Origin: Isosphaeraceae bacterium
Lineage (GTDB): Bacteria > Planctomycetota > Planctomycetia > Isosphaerales > Isosphaeraceae
DNA length: 64,000 bases
Assembly: GCA_965201075.1 (NCBI GenBank)
Contig: CBDAVP010000013.1
Span: 1 to 64,000, forward strand
Direction of reading: 5' to 3'
Part shown: piece by piece, positions 57,582-64,000 of the stretch
How positions within the stretch are numbered: position 1 is the stretch's first letter
Layout of the letters: every line of letters starts with the position of its first letter
Translations under genes and position numbers: made by a program
The notes under the pieces: model-generated
What the model was told of the DNA's origin: nothing
The model's database searches: none
The model's input: only the letters and a program-made list of their open reading frames with translations

Positions 57582-59708
57582 CTACTTATGCAACACGAAC
57601 AGCAACATAGACCGTGCCGTGACACCGTATACTTCGCCGATCTTGAAACGCTGCCCATCGTCACGGTCGGGGACATTGGTGTCGAACAGCAATTCCCAAT
57701 CCTTGCCGTCCGTGCAGTCCGGCAGGGTGAAGCCGACCTGGTCGAAATGGGCATTGAACACGATCAGGGCTGTCGAGTCCGAACCAGGCCGGCGGATGCC
57801 GGTGGGCTGTGCCCGGCCGTCCATCACCATGCCGAAGCACTTCATGTTGCTGTCGCCCCACTCCTCCGGACGCATCTCCATGCCATTGGCGTTCACCCAG
57901 GTCACGTCCTTGACGTTCAGGTCCACGATCTGCGCCCCGGTCAGGAACCGGGAACGGCGCAGGATGGGGTAGCGATGGCGCAGGCGGGTCAGCTTACGGA
58001 CGAAGTCGGCTTGCTTCTGGGCCCACTCCGGCAAGTCCCAGTCCAGCCAGCTAATCTCGTTGTCCTGACAGTAGGCGTTGTTGTTGCCGCCCTGGCTGCG
58101 CCCGAACTCGTCGCCTGCCAGCAGCATCGGCGTTCCCTGGGCCAACACCAGCGTTGCCAGCATGTTGCGCATCTGGCGATGCCGCAGCTCGTTGATTGCG
58201 GGGTCGCTGGTTTCACCCTCGACGCCGTGGTTCCAGCTGCGGTTGTGGCTATGGCCGTCCCGGTTGTTCTCGCCGTTCGCCTCGTTGTGCTTCTCGTTGT
58301 AGGAAACGGTATCGTGCAGCGTGAAGCCATCATGGGCCGTCAGGAAGTTCACGCTGGCCCAGGGCTTCCGACCCCGCTTGTTGAACAGGTCGGCGGACGC
58401 GCACATACGGGCTGCCAGGGATGGCGCGGTCCCGGCGTCGCCCTTCCAGAACTCACGCACTTCGTCGCGGAACTTGTCGTTCCACTCCGCCCAGCCAGGC
58501 GGGAATTGCCCGACCTGGTAGCCGCCCGGGCCGATATCCCATGGTTCCGCAATCAGCTTGACGCTGGACAGCACGGGATCCTGGCGGCACGCGTCCAGGA
58601 ACCCACCACTCTCGTCGAAACCGTATGGCTCCCTGGCCAGGATGGTGCCGAGATCGAAGCGGAACCCATCCACGTGCATCTCCTGCACCCAGTAGCGCAG
58701 GCTGTCCGTGACAAGCTGCAGCACACGGGAATGGGACAGGTTGAAGGTGTTACCGGTGCCGGTGTCGTTGATGTAGTAGCGGTTCTGGTCCGGCAGCAGC
58801 CGGTAGTAGCTGGCGTTGTCGATACCCTTGAACGACAGGGTCGCGCCCCGCTCATTCCCCTCGGCCGTATGGTTGTAGACGACGTCCAGGATGACCTCGA
58901 TCCCCGCATCGTGCAGGTGGGCCACCATCTCCTTGAATTCGGCGTGAGCGAAGGCTGGCTTGCTGGAATAGCGTGGGTCCGGTGCGAAGAAGCCGATCGT
59001 GTTGTAGCCCCAGTAGTTGACCAGATCCTTCTGCACCAGCATGTCGTCGTCGACGAAGGTATGGATGGGCAGCAGCTCGACAGCTGTGACGCCGAGCGAG
59101 CGGATATGGTCAACCACTTCCTTGCGGGACAAGCCGCTGAACGTTCCGCGCAACTCGGGCGGCACAGCGGGATGACGCTTGGTGAAGCCCTTGACGTGGG
59201 TCTCGTAGAAGATCGACCGCTCCCAGGAGATCGACGGCTTCCTGTCCCGCAGCCAGGTGAATGCCGGGTCGATCACGACGCATTTCGGCATATGGGCTGC
59301 GCTGTCGCGCGTATCGAACGTCAGGTCGTCCCCGGTTTCCATCTGGTAGCCGAACAGCTCGGGACCCCAGGTCAGGGTGCCGACGTGGCCCTTGGCATAG
59401 GGATCCAGGACCAGCTTGTTCGGGTTGAAGCGGTGTCCGGCTTCCGGCTCATACGGTCCGTGGACGCGGTAGCCATACACCATGCCAGGGCGGGCGTCCG
59501 GCAGGTACCCGTGCCACACCTCGTCGGTGAATTCCGGCAGCTCAAGCCGCTCCAGCTCCACCTTGCCTTCCTGGTCGAACAAACACAGTTCGACCTTCGT
59601 CGCATTGGCGGAGAACAGCGCGAAGTTGACGCCAACCCCGTCCCACGTGGCCCCGAGTGGATGCGGCAAACCTTCCGCGATGCGGGATGCTGACGTGGCA
59701 TAGTCCAT
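57582..59708 (-). CDS. glgX: Glycogen debranching enzyme (isoamylase)
   Basis: PLGATWDG.GVNFALFS, NYWGYNTIGFFAP, DVVYNHTAEG, VDGFRFDL, IAEPWD, AHDGFTL, GNNNAYCQDN. Confidence 0.95.
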   Translation of the reverse strand: MDYATSASRIAEGLPHPLGATWDGVGVNFALFSANATKVELCLFDQEGKVELERLELPEFTDEVWHGYLPDARPGMVYGYRVHGPYEPEAGHRFNPNKLVLDPYAKGHVGTLTWGPELFGYQMETGDDLTFDTRDSAAHMPKCVVIDPAFTWLRDRKPSISWERSIFYETHVKGFTKRHPAVPPELRGTFSGLSRKEVVDHIRSLGVTAVELLPIHTFVDDDMLVQKDLVNYWGYNTIGFFAPDPRYSSKPAFAHAEFKEMVAHLHDAGIEVILDVVYNHTAEGNERGATLSFKGIDNASYYRLLPDQNRYYINDTGTGNTFNLSHSRVLQLVTDSLRYWVQEMHVDGFRFDLGTILAREPYGFDESGGFLDACRQDPVLSSVKLIAEPWDIGPGGYQVGQFPPGWAEWNDKFRDEVREFWKGDAGTAPSLAARMCASADLFNKRGRKPWASVNFLTAHDGFTLHDTVSYNEKHNEANGENNRDGHSHNRSWNHGVEGETSDPAINELRHRQMRNMLATLVLAQGTPMLLAGDEFGRSQGGNNNAYCQDNEISWLDWDLPEWAQKQADFVRKLTRLRHRYPILRRSRFLTGAQIVDLNVKDVTWVNANGMEMRPEEWGDSNMKCFGMVMDGRAQPTGIRRPGSDSTALIVFNAHFDQVGFTLPDCTDGKDWELLFDTNVPDRDDGQRFKIGEVYGVTARSMLLFVLHK

Positions 59709-59783
59709 AGTGCTGGTTCCCCGAGTGGCGCGTGCGCGATGCTTGGAGCAACAGCGCCGACAAGGCACATAGGTTTCAACGCG

Positions 59784-61826
59784 TCAGACAGCCACCTGCG
59801 TATGACGCACCGTGCCGAGGGTCGGCAGCATCGGCAGCAGATCCTTCAAATCGCGCTCCGCCACGCAGCACAGGTAGTGCCGAACGGTCGGTACCTCCCC
59901 CTGTGTTTCCGGCAGGGGCAGCCCGTCACGTCCTAGCGGCAAGGCAGCCAGGCCGAGGTCGCCGTAGATATGCAGCAGGTCCGGCCCCGCCAACCACACC
60001 GCGGGGTCCAGGCCTTCCTGCACGGCCAGGTCCCGCAACCGCCATATCGCGGATGCCTGGTCGGATGCGGAGCCAGCCGGGTCACCCAGGCCGACAATCA
60101 CTCGGCCCATGCGGCGGAACGGAATGCCGGCCCGGTTCTTCTCCCCCATCACAAGGCCGTCGGCTTCCGGCGGCGGCACGGCGCCGAGTGCGGCATACCG
60201 CAGCCGCCCTTCGCCCGCCCAAGGCACCCATCCGACGCGGCCTGGCCGCACGAGACGCCATAGGGCGAGCATGGCCAGCACGACGGCCAGGGCGACGGTG
60301 ATGCGCAGGCCGTTCGGCACCTCACGCGACAGCACCACCTCCCACCAGCTGTTCTCGGACAAGCCGCGGAGGTGGGGCTCAAACAAAGCGAGGGCGATGG
60401 TGCAACCCAGCAGGCCGATCAGCGGTAATGCCGTCCCGGTCTGCAGCGGTCCATTGATCAGCCTGGCATGGCGGTAGAACGCGCTGCGGATCGGTGTCAG
60501 CAGCAACGCCACCACGACCAGCACAGCCGGAACCCAGAAGGTCGTACCTTGGGCCGCCGTGAAGGCGGCCGCGATCAGCAGCAGCGCCATCGTCGCACCC
60601 CAAGCAAGCGTCACCCGCTGCGCCAAGCCGATGGCCAGAACGATCAATCCGGCACCGATCAGGCTGGGCACGAACTGGCCGGCATTCGCCGCGGTTTCCG
60701 CGAAATCAGGGTCGATCCAGGAGAAGTCCGGCCGCTGGTCCAGCACCCCGAGCGACAGCAGCATGATCCCGCACAGCGTGACGGCACCAGTCGATGTCGC
60801 CACCGCGAAGCTGGGATCGGTCCAGCGGGACACGGCTTCCGCTGCCCGGCCGAGCGCCCTGCCCTTCAGCAAGCTGCCGCCACGCAGGACCAGCTCGTTC
60901 CCGGCAAACAAGCCGCCCGCCAGGAACAAAGGGATGATATAGTAGTACAGCCGGAACACGACGATGGCGCCCAGGATCTGCGGCGGCGCCAGATAGGGTC
61001 CCAACCCCAGCAGCATCGCGGTATCGAACACGCCGATGCCACCTGGCAGGTTTGCTGCAAGGCCGGCGGTGTAGGATGCCACGTACACGGCCAGGAACCG
61101 CACGAACGTCAGGTCGGGCACGCCCGGCTTGTGCGGCATGGCAGGCAGCAGCGCGTAGAAGATCGCCGCCGTCACCGCCACGTCCACCGTCGCGAGCAGC
61201 ACCTGCACGACCGCCATGCGGAACCCCGGCAACTCGGCCGAATGCCCGAACAAGCGGATGGTCCCGACCACCTTGGCCAAGGCGACATAGGCGGCAACGA
61301 TGGCCCAAAGGCCCGCACCGATCGCATACATCGCCCAGCGCGGCATCACCTCCCCGAAGAAAGGAACGGCGTCCGGTTCCGTGAACAGGATGATGCCACC
61401 CAGCACCATGCCCCCCAGGCCGAAGGTCAGGCTGCAGAACGCCACGACCTTAGCGATCTGGAACGGCGTCAACCCCCAGTGCGCATACAGCCGGTACCGT
61501 ACCGCGGCCCCCGACACCGCGGCGAAACCCAGGTTGTGCGACAGCGAGTAGGCGCAGAACGATGCGAATGCGACCTTGCCGTAGCTGGTCTTGTGGCCGG
61601 CATACATCGTCCCCAGCCGGTCATAGAACGTCAGGATGCCATACGACAGGATGGTCCAAACAAACGAGATGCCCAACGCATGGACGGGTATGGCCGACAG
61701 TGCCGCCGAGATATCCGCGATCCTGAGGTGGCGAAACTCCTTCCAAACGACATAAACGGCCCCGACAAGGAGCACGATGCCCAGCAAGGCCGGGAGATGG
61801 CGGGCCGCTTTCTTGAACAGGTTCAT
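59784..61826 (-). CDS. MprF-like lysylphosphatidylglycerol synthase/flippase protein with a shortened synthase domain
   Basis: LTFYD, SHNLGF..SGAAVRYRLY, PGGIGVFD, FRLYYYIIPL, AFYR; the C-domain (GLGDPAG..YGDLGL..LG) ends after roughly 150 aa. Confidence 0.8.
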   Translation of the reverse strand: MNLFKKAARHLPALLGIVLLVGAVYVVWKEFRHLRIADISAALSAIPVHALGISFVWTILSYGILTFYDRLGTMYAGHKTSYGKVAFASFCAYSLSHNLGFAAVSGAAVRYRLYAHWGLTPFQIAKVVAFCSLTFGLGGMVLGGIILFTEPDAVPFFGEVMPRWAMYAIGAGLWAIVAAYVALAKVVGTIRLFGHSAELPGFRMAVVQVLLATVDVAVTAAIFYALLPAMPHKPGVPDLTFVRFLAVYVASYTAGLAANLPGGIGVFDTAMLLGLGPYLAPPQILGAIVVFRLYYYIIPLFLAGGLFAGNELVLRGGSLLKGRALGRAAEAVSRWTDPSFAVATSTGAVTLCGIMLLSLGVLDQRPDFSWIDPDFAETAANAGQFVPSLIGAGLIVLAIGLAQRVTLAWGATMALLLIAAAFTAAQGTTFWVPAVLVVVALLLTPIRSAFYRHARLINGPLQTGTALPLIGLLGCTIALALFEPHLRGLSENSWWEVVLSREVPNGLRITVALAVVLAMLALWRLVRPGRVGWVPWAGEGRLRYAALGAVPPPEADGLVMGEKNRAGIPFRRMGRVIVGLGDPAGSASDQASAIWRLRDLAVQEGLDPAVWLAGPDLLHIYGDLGLAALPLGRDGLPLPETQGEVPTVRHYLCCVAERDLKDLLPMLPTLGTVRHTQVAV

Positions 61827-61829
61827 GTC

Positions 61830-63416
61830 TCAGGCCGCAACTGCTGGCCGGGTCAGTGCGGAGTCGATCAGCGCAATCGTCTCGGGCACGCCGTATAGTG
61901 CGACGAAGCCGCCGAAACGTGGTCCCTCCGTCTGACCGAGAAGAACCTGGTACAAGCAACCGAACCAGTCCCGCAGCGACGGGAACGGATGCCGCTTCCC
62001 GACCTCGAATACAACGTTCTGGATCGCCTCGGCGCCCACTCCGGCATCCAGGCCCCGCAGCGTTTCTGCCAGGTCCGCCAATGCCGTGCGCTCGAAGGCT
62101 TGCGGCAGGCGATAGGCCTTGGTCGGCCGCACGAAGTCCCGGTAATAGGCGATCGCATGCCCGATCAGCCGGTCGAGGTACGGCATCGCGTCCGGTGATG
62201 CCTGCGGGCTGTAACGGCGCAGGAAGCCCCACAGGATGTCGGGCGTGTCTGCATTCACGACCGAGACGAGATTCAGCAACATCGCGAACGGGACAGGGCT
62301 GGCGGCATCGGCGCGGTGCTGCCCCCCCTGGACATGCCAGGCCGGGTTGACGTGGGCAGCTGCCTCGTCCTGCTCCGGCAGGCGGCTCGATTGGCCGAGG
62401 TACTCGTCCACCGCCTTCGGTATGACGTCGAAGAACAGCCGCTTCGCGCGGTGCGGCGCCTGATACATGAAGTAGCCCAGGCTCTCGGGCGGCGCATACC
62501 GCAACCAATCCTCGACGGCCAGGCCGTTGCCCTTGCTTTTGCTGATCTTCCCGCCATCCTCGTCCAGGAACAATTCGTAGGTGAAGCCGACCGGCGGCTC
62601 CTGTCCCAGGATGCGGCAGATACGGCTGGACAGGTGCACGGAGTCGATCAGGTCCTTGCCCGACATCTCGTAATCGACCTGCAGGGCGTACCATCGCATG
62701 GCCCAGTCGGCTTTCCATTGCAGCTTCGCCCCGCCGCCCAGCACCGATGTCTCGATGTGTTCGCCGCTTTCCGGGTCTTGCCAGGTCGCCGTTCCCGCCT
62801 GGGGGTCCACACGATCGATCCTGACCTGCATCACCCGGCCGGTGCGCGGGTGGATGGGCAGCACAGGAGAATAGCTGGCGCGGCGATCCGGCCCGAGTGT
62901 GGGCAGGACCGCTGCCCTGATCTCATCATGCAATTCCAGCACACGGCGCAGCGCGGGGTCGAACCGTCCCGACTTGTAGTAGTCCGTGCTGGACGCGAAT
63001 TCGTACTCGAACCCGAACCCGTCCAGGAACGACCGCAGCCTGGCATTGTTGTGGGCGCCGAAGCTTGCGTGCGTCCCGAACGGATCGGGCACTTCCGTGA
63101 GCGGCTTGCCGATGAAGCCTGCCAGCATGTCCCGGTTCGGGACGTTGTCGGGAACCTTGCGCAGGCCGTCCATGTCGTCGCTGAACGCCAGCAGCCGGCT
63201 CGGAAGGCCGGTCAGCGTGGTGAAGGCCTGCCGGACCCAGCTGGTGCGCGCCACCTCTCCGAACGTGCCGATATGCGGCAGGCCGGACGGGCCATATCCC
63301 GTCTCGAACAAGGCGGTTTGCTTGCCCGTTGCGGCAAGCCGGGCCGCGATTTTGGCTGCTTCCTCGAACGGCCAGGCCTTCGGGGGCGCAGCATTGTTTC
63401 GCACTGTGTCGGGCAT
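61830..63416 (-). CDS. lysS: Class I lysyl-tRNA synthetase
   Basis: [64 protein letters not shown]. Confidence 0.95.
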   Translation of the reverse strand: MPDTVRNNAAPPKAWPFEEAAKIAARLAATGKQTALFETGYGPSGLPHIGTFGEVARTSWVRQAFTTLTGLPSRLLAFSDDMDGLRKVPDNVPNRDMLAGFIGKPLTEVPDPFGTHASFGAHNNARLRSFLDGFGFEYEFASSTDYYKSGRFDPALRRVLELHDEIRAAVLPTLGPDRRASYSPVLPIHPRTGRVMQVRIDRVDPQAGTATWQDPESGEHIETSVLGGGAKLQWKADWAMRWYALQVDYEMSGKDLIDSVHLSSRICRILGQEPPVGFTYELFLDEDGGKISKSKGNGLAVEDWLRYAPPESLGYFMYQAPHRAKRLFFDVIPKAVDEYLGQSSRLPEQDEAAAHVNPAWHVQGGQHRADAASPVPFAMLLNLVSVVNADTPDILWGFLRRYSPQASPDAMPYLDRLIGHAIAYYRDFVRPTKAYRLPQAFERTALADLAETLRGLDAGVGAEAIQNVVFEVGKRHPFPSLRDWFGCLYQVLLGQTEGPRFGGFVALYGVPETIALIDSALTRPAVAA

Positions 63417-63559
63417 GGGAAGGAAGCTATGCATGGGGCCGAACCCGGTCAACGGGCGGCAGGGCGCCCGAAGCAAGAACGCCCAAACCCCGTGCCTCGG
63501 CGAAGCAAAGCGCGGCTGCGCCGTTGCCGTGCCGCGGACGGAGGTGATAGCACCGGCCT

Positions 63560-64000
63560 GTGCTTCCTGCAGCGATAAGCTTGGTCGCCGGGCACGGGCG
63601 CGCCGCGGTGTTCACTGAGGATGGTGAGCTCCTGGCCGTATCCGGTCCGGAAGCCGCCCGCCTGCTCGCGGCGTCCGGCCCGCCATTGCTGGTGCACGCC
63701 CCATCGACATTCGCGCGGTTAGGGTTGCGGCGCCAGCCGGCGTTGGATCTGCTGGAGCTGTTCGCGTTCGTGCTGCCGGCCCGTCCGGTGCCGCCCACGC
63801 CGCGCGGCATCGCCTTGGCCTTGGATCAGGATCCCCCGAACACGGCGGAACAGGCTGCCGCTGCCCTGCCCGACCTGGCTGCCGAGATATTGCGTCGCCT
63901 GGCAGCCGGGCGCGAGCTGGCGTTGAACCGCGGCGCGGCCGGCCTGGCAGCGCGCATGGGCAGCGCCGGTTGGGCCTGGGCCCCAAGCGTGCTCAAGGCC
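63560..64000 (+). CDS. 5' part of a DinG-like ATP-dependent DNA helicase (runs off the window end)
   Basis: Read by eye: GTG start after GGAGGTGA, open to 64000. [33 protein letters not shown] resembles alphaproteobacterial DinG-like N-termini; the helicase motifs lie outside the window. Confidence 0.55.
   Translation, partial: MLPAAISLVAGHGRAAVFTEDGELLAVSGPEAARLLAASGPPLLVHAPSTFARLGLRRQPALDLLELFAFVLPARPVPPTPRGIALALDQDPPNTAEQAAAALPDLAAEILRRLAAGRELALNRGAAGLAARMGSAGWAWAPSVLKA

Noticed and set aside
43880..59708. glgC and glgX as one dispersed glycogen locus
   Set aside because: They lie on opposite sides of the apparent chimeric junction and probably come from different organisms.

Overview
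High-GC bacterial DNA that appears to be two unrelated segments joined near 52.76 kb. Bases 1 to ~52,760 read as Planctomycetota (Isosphaerales-like): a DUF1549/DUF1553-DUF1501 pair, DUF4058, Uma2, BlaI/M56 and a LEPR-xLL-like secreted protein, with housekeeping genes lysA, argH, sodC, asnB and glgC. Interspersed among these are toxin-antitoxin modules, nuclease-fold genes and pseudogenes. This segment also carries an intact IS4-family element (15-bp terminal inverted repeats, 9-bp target duplication) inserted in the loop of a REP-like palindrome within a 105-bp tandem array. It further carries an eroded, integrase-less pair of integron-like gene cassettes with an attC site (~51.3-52.16 kb) and a three-ORF SWIM zinc-finger locus behind a sigma70-like promoter with an overlapping palindrome. 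From ~52,760 to 64,000 the genes read as Alphaproteobacteria (Acetobacteraceae/Rhodospirillales-like): M48-like peptidase, SDRs, HisD-like HpsN, ROK, glgX, a short MprF-like protein, class I LysRS and a DinG-like helicase start. Two truncated genes are fused at the junction, so an assembly chimera is the leading explanation. No rRNA, tRNA or CRISPR array was recognised. All family calls are by-eye motif recognition; no database search was run.
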